This document shows positions 24,817 to 38,275 of a DNA stretch of 64,000 bases, one piece after another. The notes under the pieces were generated by a model that did not search any database, was not told the origin of the DNA, and worked only from the letters and a program-made list of their open reading frames with translations. The position numbers were made by a program, and so were the translations under genes. The stretch lies in the NCBI GenBank assembly GCA_030390025.1, contig CM059428.1, forward strand, positions 168,454,001 to 168,518,000, read 5' to 3'. The stretch is from Squalus acanthias (lineage: Eukaryota). Position 1 is the first letter of the stretch. Every line of letters begins with the position of its first letter.

Positions 24817-25499
24817 CTCATAATTCAAGATGGATGCCTGGAGATTTTATATTTCATTTCTAAGATCCATCTTAGCGAACTAACATCTTAGCAATGCCAG
24901 ATTGATGTAGGCACCAATGTTCATATTAAATTCCTCTCTGTGCTATTTTAATGCATTCCTTAATCAATTTACTTTAAAGATGGGTTAAAATGCATTAAAA
25001 TAGTACAGAGCAATTTGATACAAATGTGCTAATATATTCACTGCTGATAGCAAATTTCATGAAACTACAACAGCGCAAAGATGAAATCTAACTGCAAATG
25101 GAATGAAGGATTTGTTTGTTAATGGTTTATAATGAAAACATAAACTATAATGACAGTCTAGTGTAGCACGATAGAAAATGTTATAAAGTAAAATAAAATT
25201 TAAAAATATGGATAAGACTGAAGAACACAACTAATTTATTTACAGCAGTACAGGATCACACTCAAATGGCAGAATTATTTTCTATTTCTAATGACCATTC
25301 CTCAATACAATCACATGAAATTAGCAGAAACGGATGAAATAAAAATCGTTTCAGCACGACAAACATGTGATGAAAAGAATCCAGTTGTTGAAGAGTGAAG
25401 AAGAGCAACAGTAGACAAATGTTGAGGCATATTAGTTTTCAAATTAGCAAGGATCACAATTTATAGCAATTCGCTACTGAATAGTAACTTTTCTCCTAC

Positions 25500-25766
25500 C
25501 ATTAACTTTCACGCAAGCATCAGTTTGTTGGTCCCCAGAATCACAGGTGTATTTCCCGGTATCTTCCGTGTTCACGTTGTGGATTAATAACTCAACAATG
25601 GCACCAGCTTGTTTTGTTTCATACTTGTCACTGGGACGAAGTATTACAGATCCCTTTCTCCATTCTACCGGGGCACCAGGTTTAGTTAGTTCACAATGCA
25701 GTGTGACCACATTACCCTCTTCAGCTTCCTCATTTTGCAGCTCTTGTTTGAACAGCACAGGTAAGG
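25500..25766 (-). CDS. OBSCN: Obscurin Ig exon (type 1, 267 nt)
   Basis: tgtag|CC, AATG|GTAGG; LPVLFKQELQNEEAEEGNVVTLHC.. Confidence 0.9.
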
Positions 25767-26643
25767 CTACATAATTTAGAAAGACATTTATAGGAAGTAT
25801 CAGAATATCAATTCGAAAGAAATTGACTGCAACACATCCATTTTGTGTACTACAACAAATAATAATATGGGCAACACCTTCTAAGAGATTCTTCAGGTTA
25901 TTCACAGCTGAATGGTTTTGCTTAAATAAAGAACTGCTAAAATATTAAAAATAAGCTTTGTGCCACTGGTTGTACATATATCAGAAGGAAAAGTTGTTGT
26001 TTAAATGTTGTCATCTTCTTGTGACTGTCCTGGGGCTGTAATGGACTCTTGTTGTTAATCCTATCCTCTACTTGCTTGTTAGCATCAGACAGACTCTTTC
26101 GTGATTTGCCTTCTTGCGATATCACTTCAACTTTGTTAACTTTCAAGTAATCTTGAACATATAAACCTCTATCACCTCCCTTTCAGCTCGATCAACAAAC
26201 TTTACCTCTGCATATTAAAATCACTCCCATCTTGTGGGGTGTGTCAGGTTTCCATTATGGCAATCATATCTTCCAGTAATCATATCTCCGTTGCTTCAGC
26301 TCTGCTCCTGGTTCAATGTATTTATCTTGGTCAAACCAAGTCAACTCACCAACCCAAACTCCAAACGGCACAGATGGCTACACTCCAATACCCTCTCATT
26401 CTCACTTTCCCACACCCAATAAAAACACAGTCAATTCCAACCAACGTAACAGTAAACAAAACTATCATTAATCAGAAAGGAGATAAAGTCCACTGATGTA
26501 GAAAAAGAAGAAAATGGAAGATGTGAGGTATAAAAATGATTGATGCAATTAACTATGAAGCCTGGATGATGATGGTAACTTCCAAAAGCAGAATCAAAAC
26601 ATGGAAGCAGTTAAATTCCAATGTGAAATATCTTCCACTTTAC

Positions 26644-26910
26644 CTTTCACTTTTAGATAAGCAGTGGTTTGTTTATCCCCAGAATCACACGTGTATTCAC
26701 CAGCATCTTCTGGTTCCACATCACGGACGAACAATTCCACAATGGAACCTTGTTGCTTCATTTCATATTTTCCACATGGCAGAAGTACCACTGATCCCTT
26801 TCGCCACTCCACTGTAGCATCGGGTTTAGTAAGCTCACAGCGCAGTTTGGCTGTGCCGCCCTCTTCTGCTTCCGCATTCTGAAGCTCTTGTTTGAAAAGC
26901 ACTGGTAAAG
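26644..26910 (-). CDS. OBSCN: Obscurin Ig exon (type 1, 267 nt)
   Basis: ctcag|CT, AAAG|GTAAA; LPVLFKQELQNAEAEEGGTAKLRC.. Confidence 0.9.
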
Positions 26911-27520
26911 CTGAGAAATATTAATTTACAAATTTATCAGACCACTAATTAATCTCCTCTTCACAGTACCCTTATTTACAAGTTTTTTCATTGGAAACAA
27001 AATACATTCTGGTTACATTATTATTATTCCTTTGGAATATACCCTCCTATTCCACTAGAAGGGTGAACCCCACACTCCCAATGGGGAGCTGCACTCACAT
27101 GGCGTACAGCCTGGAGAATCAGGGCTACAATGTTGCTCCCTGGCGTGCAGGATCACAGAATTACTCCAAAAATGTAATAATAGGATTCCTCTCATTATAG
27201 GCTGTCCAAATTAAACTCAAAGAAAAAATTGCTAGGACTTGAGTACACGAAAAGGCAGCAATATGAAGTATTTAAAATCAATTATTTAAAAAAAAATCAG
27301 GGTTTAAAAATATTCATGAAAACTCCTTCATATACCTTTCATGAGCCGGTTATGATTATGTAAGAACTCTTAATACAGCACCAAGTTTTGTTTGTGTTAA
27401 ATTATTTTAAGTGTTGATTTTTCTATAGCTGCTTTGTTATACCACAGATCAGATACCATTTCAGAATGATATCCGCTGAGTGCATTCCTCGGGAAGGCAG
27501 ACCAGAGTTATAAAGTTATA

Positions 27521-28300
27521 AAAAGTGTGAGGTGATGCATTTTGGGAGGACTAACAAGGCAAGGGAATACACAATGAATGGTAGGACCCTAGGAAGGACA
27601 GAGGAACCTTGGTGTGCATGTACATAGATCCCTGAAGGCAGCAGGACAGGTAGATAAGGTGGTTAAAAAGGCATATGGGATACTTATATTCTATGCCTCG
27701 GCTAATGAAGGCAAGAGCAGGGAGGTTATGATGGAGCTGTACAAAACGCTAGTTAGGCCACAGCTGGAATAGTGTGTGCAGTTCTGGTCGCCACACTATA
27801 GGAAGGATGTGATTGCATTGGAGAGGGTGCAGAGGAGATTCACCAGGATGTTACCTGGGTTGGAGCGCTTCAGCTATGAAGAGAGACTGGACAGGCTGGG
27901 GTTGTTTTCCTTAGAACAGAGAAGGCTGAGGGGGGACCTGATTGAGGTGTACAAAATTATGAGGGGCATAGATAGGGTAGATAGAAAGGAACTTTTCCCC
28001 TTAGTAGAGGGGTCAATAACCAGTGGGCATAGTTTCAAGGTAAGGGGCAGGAGGTTTAGAGGGGATTTGAGGAAAAACTTTTTCACCCAGAGGGTGGTTG
28101 GAATCTGGAACTCACTGCCTGAAAGGGTGGTAGAGGCAGGAACCCTCACAACATTCAAGAAGCATTTAGATGAGCACTTGAAACGCCATAGCATACAAGG
28201 CTACGGACCAAGTGCTGGAAAATGGAATTAGAATAGACAGGGCTTGATGGCCGGTGCGGACACGATGGGCCTCTTTCTGTGCTGTATAACTCTATGACTC
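27521..28300 (+). mobile_element. 5'-truncated CR1 LINE (nonsense codon, 27-bp micro-inversion)
   Basis: [28 protein letters not shown]; tail ..CTCTATGACTCTAT; probable TSD TATAAAA. Confidence 0.9.
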
Positions 28301-29273
28301 TATAAAATGTTCTTGGACATGTGGGTAGAGCTCCACTCCCATGGCAGCTAATTTTAGTGATAGGATAGATGGGACTGGGCTGACTGTTTTCTCCTAAGGT
28401 ATATTATTAAAGTTCCCTGGAGTTCCAGTGGCCTGCTGGGGCACTTACAAAATGCTGGGCAGAAGTTACTTTACACCTAATGCAAAAATCAAACTAATAT
28501 AAAACTACCCTTTGGAGATGGTCTTATCGAAACCAGTATCGGTGTACTCTGAGTCAGATCGCAAATCTCACTCCCGAGTTATACTGCCACTTTTGCATCG
28601 ATGTGCACTTATAATTACTTTAGAAAACAAGAATAAGTTAATCATAAATTTTTCAATTTGTTTTAATTTAAAACAGGTCCTGATGGTGAAACTCTCTCTT
28701 TAAGGCACAAGTTTTCAATCTCTACAGTGTATCACACTAAATAATTAAACACTAATTTCTAATTAGTGTGGAAGTTATACCCAGTATCTGTGTCTGTTTC
28801 ATTCTATTGCAGCCATACAAGAAAATCCACAAATCAAGGCACATGAACACTAAAATACACACGCCTCAAGAATGAACATGTGTAGTTTGCAACTATTTGA
28901 AGCAGGAGAGAGAGGAACTGAATGGAAAGCAAAACAAGCACGAATTAATTCCATGTCTTCAATTAAGCTGTTATCTTTCTGGTGAAAAGATACATGAAAA
29001 GACTCAAATATGAAAACTCAAACAAATTAAGATTTAAAATATTTGTGGCTTTAGATAGAAGATATAAGAAGCAAACAGAATTAATTCCAAAACAGTTGAA
29101 GAACTCACTCAATTTTCTCCAATATAGAAACAGGAAACAAAGTATTTTTTATTTTTAAAAAAGTCATGTAGCCAAGAAGGAAGATATTTAATGAATGAGT
29201 CACAGATTAAAAGATTAGGCAATGATAATATGATGATGGTTGAAGCTAAACCTGTGAAGTACATCCTGCCTAC

Positions 29274-29540
29274 CATTAACTCTCAGAAAGGCAGAGGTCT
29301 GCTGATCACCACAAAAACAAGTGTAATCTCCGGTGTCTTCAACCTTCAGGCTGTGGATTAATAACTCAACAGTAGAACCTTTCTGCGCCATTTCATACTT
29401 CTCTCCAGGAACAAGGACTGCAGATCCCTGTCTCCATTCAACTGGAACATCAGGCTTAGTAAGCTCGCAGCAAAGTGCAACAGTACCATTCGCTTCAGCT
29501 TCTTTACTCTGAAGCTCTTGTTTGAAGAACACAGGTAAAA
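29274..29540 (-). CDS. OBSCN: Obscurin Ig exon (type 1, 267 nt)
   Basis: tccag|TT, AATG|GTAGG; LPVFFKQELQSKEAEANG.. Confidence 0.9.
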
Positions 29541-32149
29541 CTGGATGATTTAAGATGACAAACGCACAGCCACATTAGGACATAAAAATCAGGAATCAGA
29601 AATATATATCGGAGAATGTGGTGTCATAAAAAAAATCACAAAGCTAATTAGAGACAAGGGAAGCCATTCGACCCAGCTAGTTCATCCTTCCATAGAAACC
29701 TATGGTCCCACCGTCGCAGAATCCAACTACCTCTTGAATGATGTCTCCACTACTGCCTCAAGTATCATTCTTGACCAACAAAATAGTTGGAGAAAAATAT
29801 ACTACTAACTTGCATGAAAATAACCTTATTAATGGCTATTTCTAGTTAGAAGCACACGTGGTACTTTCTGGACAGAATACGGAGCAGCCCAAAACAAAAA
29901 TAATCAGGCAAAAGAATGCTCATGCGCTTGCCTCAGAACTTTATAATTGAAGACTGCAATTCTTGCAGTAACCAGCATTTCAATACACTTGAAACAGAAG
30001 GTTTGTTGGGAGTTTACTTTAAAATGTAAATGTAGCCCAAGTTCCACATAAAATTTTTAACTTAGCATAAAATAGGGTTGTAAGCAGATTGACCCACTGT
30101 GATGAAAAGTAGACAGACCTTTCCTTTAGCAAGGAATAATCTAGATCAGTAGAAAAATACAGTAACAAAATATGAATTTAAACTGAATAGAATGTGTTTA
30201 CAGTTAACGGGTGCAGAACTAAGAACTGATGCTCCGAATTCCAGTAAATTCAGCTAACAACTCTACCTGGTTTTGTTTGCTTGCAGCTTGTACACTGTGA
30301 CACTGACATAATGACTACCACTAACATTACAGTAATAAGCTACTCAATGATCAGAAATATTTTTATTGGAATACTAACCCTAAACAAATAAATTAAACAC
30401 TTAAAACAAAATTTTACGTAGCATAAATAAAATTAAATACTTTACCTTGACTCAGCTTATTGCCTTTTTTAAAAAACTTGTACTCTCTCCTCTTCTGTCT
30501 TTTTAAAATTTAAGTTTTGTTTTTCTTTTTCTGATTGGTATGCAGTATTAATACTTTATTTTTTTATTGCATTCATTTTTACTATTTTACAAATATTAAA
30601 AAAATTCACTTACCTTTATTCGGCTTCCTCCCAGCACTTGTTTTAAATGAACTTCATGGTTTTACTTTAACCAAAACCTGTTTTAAAATAAATTCTGAGC
30701 TCCTGACCCGAAATTCTGAATTTATAGAAATTCTAGAAACTCTTGAATGATATAAATATTCTGTTTTAGAGACACTGGCCCAGAGAGTGGCTTGAACCCG
30801 ACTTCCAGCATGAACCTAGTGACAAACGCAAACTGTAGCCCCAAAATTGAGGAGTGAGAGGATCACGTGAAATTATTGTCTTGCATCATCAGGACACGAC
30901 CGGCATGCTGGTGTCGCCAGTCGTGCCCCAAGAGGCAGTGTGCGTGTGCGTTTGGGCCATGTATGTAGATGCTGGGTAAAATATGCCGGATACTAAAGCC
31001 CCAAAATTCTGGGGCCAGAGAAGGCGGAAAGCCTGATTTCAGCCTGGGGACTGGAATTTGGGGCAGAACCCGGTTCTGCCAGGAATCCGTCCCATTTACT
31101 GTAACTCTTTAAATCTGGTAGGGGGAGCTATGGGCGGATCTTCTTGCCTTGGGCAACTCCACCTCTTGGCAAGCACCACTCAAGCGCCCATGCTAGTATG
31201 CAATTGAACCCATTCCCATCTCCAGCTTGTGGCTAGGATGAATGGGGCTCCACCTAGCCACACTTGCCCCAATTAAGTGGACCCCAGGAAATTCAGGGCC
31301 TAACTGCCGCTATCACAAATGACCACTTGGGTAAGGCACCATAACATAGCTCCAAAGAGTCAATGCATTCAGAATGCAACAGAGAAAGGAAGAAAAATTG
31401 GTGGAAAAAGAAGAAAAAACAAAGCCTTGAGCATCATACTATGCACCGATAATTTAGTATACTTTTGTACCAACAGTTACATTATCTCAAATATTTTGTG
31501 GTGTAAAATAGCTAGCCCGATTATCTGATCTAACTTTGGCGGAAGTTCCACGGAAACCCCAGAGTAATTTCTCTGGGGTTTCCACAAATCTTCCACTGAA
31601 ATTACAGTGGACAACTGAAAGAACTTCAACTCACAAGTTTAAACATGATAGTTGAATGTTAAGGTGCCATTGATATTTAAAAGTTGCTTGCATCATATAA
31701 TCTGAATATTTAACAAAAAAGTTATGATTATACTGGACTAATATGGATAGCATCACACCATACTGCTCTCATGATGACTTTATCAGTTACAGTATAACAT
31801 TAATAGACATTCCGTCTTCTGATATGGAGCGCACATTCTCTCTACATAGAAGCACACATCACTTTGCTTAAGGCTGGAGAATCTGGCCTCAGATTAGCAA
31901 AAGCTAAGGCTTAGTGACCTCCAAGTGTGTACAGGACGGCTGGAGTTTAACCATTTAAAACTGTGGGGCTTACCAGCTCAGAGAAATGGCAAGATTCCTG
32001 TTGCTATCTCGCTATGATCCTCTTGCCTTTTACAGCATTAATTTGCAGGGTTATCCCGAGCTGAGTGAAAACAATCCTAACCTTCAGTGACAGGTCTACT
32101 ACGTCAGGTTCCGTCAATGAGCCAAGCTGCTGGTCAATTAGCAACAGCA

Positions 32150-32600
32150 CTCTGGAGCATTGCTGATCTGCATGGTTCAGATGTTGGATTATCAAGTCTG
32201 TTGAAGAGGATCAAATTCGTTCCAATTTCCCATCACCAGGTCTGTCACCTTGGAGCCAACTTAGCCAATGGAAATCTATTTACCTCCCACTCAATGAACA
32301 TAGAAATACAAAGAAGTTTCAACATAACATAGGCCTACTCAATGACAGAGAAACTTGTAGCTGAATATCACAGTGAAATGCTACAGCCAATCGACTGGGT
32401 GAGGACAAAAACATCATGTTGATTCCAGGAACATATAAATTCCTCCTTTGTGTATCACAGACCACCTGGAGACTGACTGAATGGAAGTCTTCTTTCTGGT
32501 TGATGCAGGCCATTGGATTGACTGATATCCTTATCTTCAAGTTTGTACATTCAACAACCAAATTTAATGTAAAAGCTATCAAGGGTATTAAACTGTTGCT
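32150..32600 (-). mobile_element. Highly decayed Harbinger transposase remnant
   Basis: CINQKEDFHSVSLQVVCD resembles [16 protein letters not shown] of the element at 15-16 kb. Confidence 0.45.
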
Positions 32601-32864
32601 ACCATTGTAATTGTTGACTCATACCTCTATGGAAATGGATGAGCCTCCAACCCCTTTGGAACAGTGTACCTCTCCTGTTTTGAATTCAGCTAGACAATAT
32701 TCACCAGCGAATACTGTAGATATCTCCCCAATGTGATTGGAAGGAATCTGTTGCAAAAATAATCCAAGGCAGGTGTGCCCTTTACAGCCACCGACAGGAC
32801 ATTTCTAGTCATAGAGGAGATTCTTAATTCTTCTGCTGGCATTTGGTAAAGGGCAATAATTGGT

Positions 32865-33335
32865 TTTTTTTTTAAATTCGTTCATGGGATGTGGGCGTCG
32901 CTGGCAAGGCCAGCATTTATTGCCCATCCCTAATTGCCCTTGAGAAGGTGGTGGTGAGCCGCCTTCTTGAACCGCTGCAGTCCGTGTGGTGAAGGTACTC
33001 CCACAGTACTGTTAGGGGGGGTAGTTCCAGGATTTTGACCCAGTGACAATGAAGGAACGGCCGATATACTTCCAAGTCAGGATGGTGTGTGACTTGGAGG
33101 GGAACTTGGAGGTGGTGGTGTTCCCATGCGCCTGCTGTCCTTGTCCTTCTAGGTGGTAGAAGTCGCGGGTTTGGGAGGTGCTGCCGAAGAAGCCTTGGCG
33201 AGTTGCTGCAATGCATCTTGTAGATGGTACACACTGCAGCCACGGTACGCCGGTGATGGAGGGAGTGAATGTTTAAGGTGGTGGATGGGGTGCCAATCAA
33301 GTGGGCTGCTTTGTCCTGGATGGTGTCGAGCTTCA
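32865..33335 (-). mobile_element. Non-LTR retrotransposon 3' end (same family as 6800-7150)
   Basis: LDTIQDKAAHLIG..LHHRRTVAAVCTIYKMH; A-tail. Confidence 0.75.
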
Positions 33336-34010
33336 GTAGATCCTCTAACACTGATGCTATGTTAATCCAAGGTAAGGCACTGTACCAGTAAACCTTCTAT
33401 CTGGGATACTGTCTTTGCATGAGAATCACTTCCCATTTGTATCATTCCTTGTCCGAAAGAATGACAGCAGTCACTAACCGTGCAAAATGCTTGGTTGGTG
33501 TGCAATTGCTGCATTTGGCAATTACTTCATCCCATCAGGACCACTTCTGAACTGTAGTTATTGCCAACAGATTTTCAGGCCTTTTAGGTACTTTGAAATT
33601 CCAGTGTAATCTGCTTTAATTGGATCCTTTTCCCAGTTAATGAGCTTAAATTGGTATTTACCAACAGGTTCACTAACCTGTCAAAAGCTGATTACCATTG
33701 TCTGTTGTGGATGGAGGTTATGAAAAATGTACCAGTTATTTCCAGGCATCCGATTACTACCAATCTTGTAAACAACAGGAAACTCACCTGCAATGTGCTT
33801 TGGTTTGCTGAATCACCATAATTAACATAATACATAAAGACAACAGATGAAAAGTTGTACGGAGAGTGTGACATGACTGACTAAGACAAATAAGACTCAC
33901 AAGTAACATATCTCAAACTAGTTCGCACAAAATTAAATTATTCAAGACACAGAACTGTGACATACATTTTCTCCTCGATTTAAATAATACAATATGAAAG
34001 TGGTTCCTAC

Positions 34011-34277
34011 CATTCACTTTTAGAAATGCAATAGTCTGCTGGTCCCCAGAATCACAGGTATATTCTCCTTGATCTTCTGGTTTTAGGTTGTGAATAAGCA
34101 ACTGAATGCAGGGACCTTCATGCTTCATTTCATACTTATCACTTGACTGAAGTACCACAGCGCCCTTCCTCCATTCCACTGGGGCATCAGGTTTGGTAAC
34201 CTCACAGCGCAGAGTGGCCATACCATCCTCTTCAGCTTCTGTGTTCTCAAGTTCTTGTTTGAAAAGCACAGGCAGGG
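34011..34277 (-). CDS. OBSCN: Obscurin Ig exon (type 1, 267 nt)
   Basis: cttag|CC, AATG|GTAGG; LPVLFKQELENTEAEEDG.. Confidence 0.9.
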
Positions 34278-35064
34278 CTAAGGGAGATAGGAATTAAATC
34301 AGCTGATGATGTTGTTCAGTCAAGATCCAAGCTTGACAGAGAGTTCGGGAACCACTGAATAACAAAATGCAATCCCATTCATTTCCAAATAACATAAAAT
34401 TGGTATTCTACAAAATATTATATCAACCTGGACTGGAGAAGATTAATATTTATACACAATAATTGAAATATAAAGGACTGTCTTGCAAAGGTAATTAGTT
34501 TCTTATCCAACTATAAATATGCCAACAAATAACATAGTGTAATCAACGTAACAATTCAATCATGTGGTGCTGCCTATATTCATAAATCAACTAGATGTTT
34601 TTCTTGTAGCTTCTGACATCCTCAAAACAGATCAACTGAATTACTGACTGCCCAAATATTCTTGCATATAAATCAATCATGCCTAGTCCAGCCAGTACTC
34701 GAGTATATATAACAACTTGCATACAACAGTCCAAATATGACAAATGTTATTAATCATAACTTTATATTACAAAAATAACTAGTCCAAACTCTTGTTACTT
34801 CAGGCTAGAAATTACAGCTGGCAATAGAAGTGGATGAATGGATAATACACTTGTATGGCATTCCCTCTGTTATTGCCCATTGTCAAAACAGCAGACTGAG
34901 GAGGTGCACTTGTTCACTACTATTTGCAACAGTAACTTACAGACTTTAGTGTGTCTATATCATGCACATCAATCACAGACTAAATACATTACTCCTCACA
35001 TGTTCAGTACAGTTCAAAATAAAGATCAAAAGCCTACTGTATAGTGTTAACAACTAATACCGCA

Positions 35065-35571
35065 TACTACACACTTTAGGAAGGACGTGAAGAGACTTTT
35101 GGAGAGGGTACAGAACAGATTTACTAGAATGGTTCCAGGGATGAGGGACTACAGTTACATGGATAGACTAGAGAAGCTGAGATTGTTCTCAGAGCAGAGA
35201 AGGCTAAGAGGAAATTTGATAGAAGTGTTTAAAATCATGAAGGGTTTAGATAGAGTAAATAAAGAGAAACTGTTTCCAATGGCTGAAGGGTCGATAACCA
35301 AGGGCACAGATTCAAGGTGATTGGCAAAAGAACCAGAGGCGACATGAGGAAAAACTTTTTTACACAGCGAGTGGTTAGGATTTGGAATGCACTGCCTGTT
35401 AGGGTGGTGGATACAAATTCAATAGTAGCCTTCAAAAAGGAATTGAAGGAAGAAAAATTGCAGTGATATGGGGAAAGAGCAGGGGAGTGGGACTAACTGG
35501 ATTGCTCTTCGAAAGAGCTGGCACAGACTCGATGGGCCGAATGACCTCCTTTTGTGCTGTACTGATTCTAT
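35065..35571 (+). mobile_element. CR1 LINE 3' fragment
   Basis: [25 protein letters not shown]; tail ending GTGCTGTACTGATTCTAT. Confidence 0.85.
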
Positions 35572-36401
35572 GGGGGTGATTTTGCCAATGGGGGCGCGTT
35601 GGAGGCGGGACTGCTGCTTGTCGAGTTTTAGTCCCGCCTCCATTGACTTGTGGCCAACCCACGCTATTTTCCCTTGATTGCCCAGCAGGCTTAGCAGGCC
35701 AATTAAGAGAAAGCCGGTGACAGAGAACGTCAGCGTATGACGTTTCATCTGTCAAAAATTTTTGACAGATGAATTGTCATAGTTTGACAACTTTGAGAAG
35801 CTGTCAAACACTGACATTATCTGTTGTTTGATGAGTTCTTGTACTCAAGACTCACCAAACCTATTTTCTGAGCAGAAAGCAGATGGCTGTTGCATGGGAG
35901 AATGCAGCAGCCATTCTGTCATCTCTGCTGTGGAGATGCCGGAGCCTTGGGATCCCCAACGATTGAAGCCTGCAGGAAGAAACAAAGATAAGGTAACTTT
36001 TTCTAACACTTTTCACTCACCTCACATACTTACCTCTCCACACTTGCACCCATCACTCACCTCCACAGCGAACTTTTGGACCCCTCTCACCCCCGCAGAC
36101 CCACTGCTCGCCTCGCTGACCCTAGCGGGGTTTCCGGACAATCGGGAAGCCCGCACCTCTGTTGGAAAAATGGGGATAATCCTCTTAACTGCCTGTTAAC
36201 TACCTGTTAACAGGCAGTTAAGTGGCTGTAATCCCTTCCCGCCTCGAGGAGACGGGTCCCAGCTCGAGTCGGGGACCCGCCTCCTGGGAAGATGGCACGG
36301 AGGCGGGCTGGGGGCAGGTTCGGTACCCGCTCCCAGTTTCTGCCATTTTCCCAGCAGTCCCGCCTCCAAACCCGCCTCCCCAGGGCTGGCAAAATCGCCC
36401 C
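35572..36401. mobile_element. Harbinger-like MITE, family 2 (probable TSD TAT)
   Basis: TIRs GGGGGTGATTTTGCCA / TGGCAAAATCGCCCC; inverted homologue at 56818-57605. Confidence 0.75.
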
Positions 36402-36649
36402 TATTGGTTCACAGATCAGCTTTGGAGCGCAGATAATCTTGCCGCTATTAAAAGCTAAACCCTTCTTGTACAATAGCCCTCACCTGTCATGTTGATGAGC
36501 AGGAACTGCAAGTGGAAGTAAGATGAATAACTGCATTAAATTAATTGCTTATCAGCTCCTAATGACATGCAAAGAAAGAAATATTTCTGGTGCTGAGGTG
36601 AGGTGGAAGGGGAAATTGGCACACAGGACTGCAGAGTAATAATGGGGCG

Positions 36650-37010
36650 TTTTAAAAAAAAAGAGATTGTAAAGCTACAGAATAAGTATATTCCATTAAA
36701 AATGGAAACTACTAGTAGTCATAGGATACCAGGAATAAATAAAGAGGCGAGAAACCAATTAAAATGAAGAGGCTTATAAGATCTTTAAGGATAATAATGA
36801 AAAAAAACAAAGGAGAATATGGGAAAATAAGAGAGGTTGAGCAGGATAAGGAAAGATAAGAGAGTATGAGGAAAAAAATTCAAATTGCAAAAGTATTGTA
36901 AAGTATTTTACAAGTATGGCAGTAAAAGAAGGATTGTCAATTTGTAGATAATGATCAAAACATGGCAGGGGTATTCAATAAGTACCTTGCATCGGTCTTA
37001 AGAGAAAGAT
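36650..37010 (+). mobile_element. Very degenerate CR1 ORF2 fragment
   Basis: Purine-rich block with remnants such as KYIPLK..MAGVFNKYLASV. Confidence 0.4.
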
Positions 37011-37274
37011 ATACTAATGTTAATGCTTATCCTGGAATGAATTGATATGATTCATATAAAAGTTACAAATCATAATGATCAAAAAGTGCTGGATTTTGCA
37101 GTGAGGTGGAAGTGACGATCTAACATCCAACACTGGAGAAACAATACACATCTATCTGTCTATAAGGCTAATAAAATAGTGAATGTCAGGATGACAAATT
37201 GAGATTCACAAGACACCTTATATGATGAAAATTCACAAGGATTCAATTATGATCAGTAATGATGGCTGCCCTAC

Positions 37275-37541
37275 CCTTCACTTTCAAAGAGGCAGTGGTC
37301 TGCTGATCTCCAGAATCACAGGTATACTCCCCTCCATCTTCAGGTTTTATTTTGCGAATAAGCAATTCAACGCAGGAACCTTTTTGCATCATGCCATACT
37401 TGTCACTTGGGTAAAGTACCACAGATCCCTTCCTCCATTCCACTGGAACATCAGGTTTAGTAACCTCACAGCGCAGAATGGCAGAACCATTCTCTTCAGC
37501 TTCTGTGTTCTGAAGCTCTTGCTTGAAAAGCACAGGTAGAG
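37275..37541 (-). CDS. OBSCN: Obscurin Ig exon (type 1, 267 nt)
   Basis: cttag|CT, AAGG|GTAGG; LPVLFKQELQNTEAEENG.. Confidence 0.9.
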
Positions 37542-38275
37542 CTAAGGGAAACAGTAATTCAATTTGTGAACACATAGTTTACTCAAGGAGAATTGTAATG
37601 CCTGAATAACCACACACAAGTCCGATCAAGCTAACTTGTAATCTAATGCACCAATCATGCGAGGTTGAAGTTCTGCAGTACTATCATCCTTATTACTCTT
37701 TTACTAGTGTCACACTCACACGCCCATGACACAGAGATAAGGCAAGTGAAAAAAAAACATCAATTAGATAGCACTCTTGCCTCTGAAAGTTGTATGTTTA
37801 AGACTAATTCCAGGAGTTAGGCATATAATCTAGGTTGACACTTTACTGCAATCCTGAGGGGCATTTCGGATGAGAGTTTAAACACATGCTGAATTGCTGT
37901 ATGTTTTGAAATGGAGCTGAACGATATAAAAATGGGAAGCCACAGTGGCTGTTATCCTTCCACTCTGGAAAACCTGCTGGCAGAAACAGCTGATCGGCTG
38001 CCGTGTTGTGTCCAGCAGGTCACAATCAAGTGATTGATTGAAGCGACAGTGGTCTCTGGTTCAACAAACTGATTAGTTGAAGGGACTCTGCAATAATATC
38101 ACACAGACACACATCCTCACAAACATAATGGCGCTGAAACTGCGGTGTCTGTGATGGCGTACTCTCAGTGTACACAGCGCAGGGCCTGCTTGCATCAGCG
38201 TAAGGGGATATCTAAGGCTTAAATTAAACATTTTCATATCCTAAATTATGCACATACACTGTATTAAATTAGTTT

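Noticed and set aside
30775-31300. Cluster of short G/C-AATT termini (also ~24140-24530, 39361-39745, 41790-42145)
   Set aside because: Probably more decayed Harbinger-like MITEs, but I could not fix TIR pairs or TSDs confidently.
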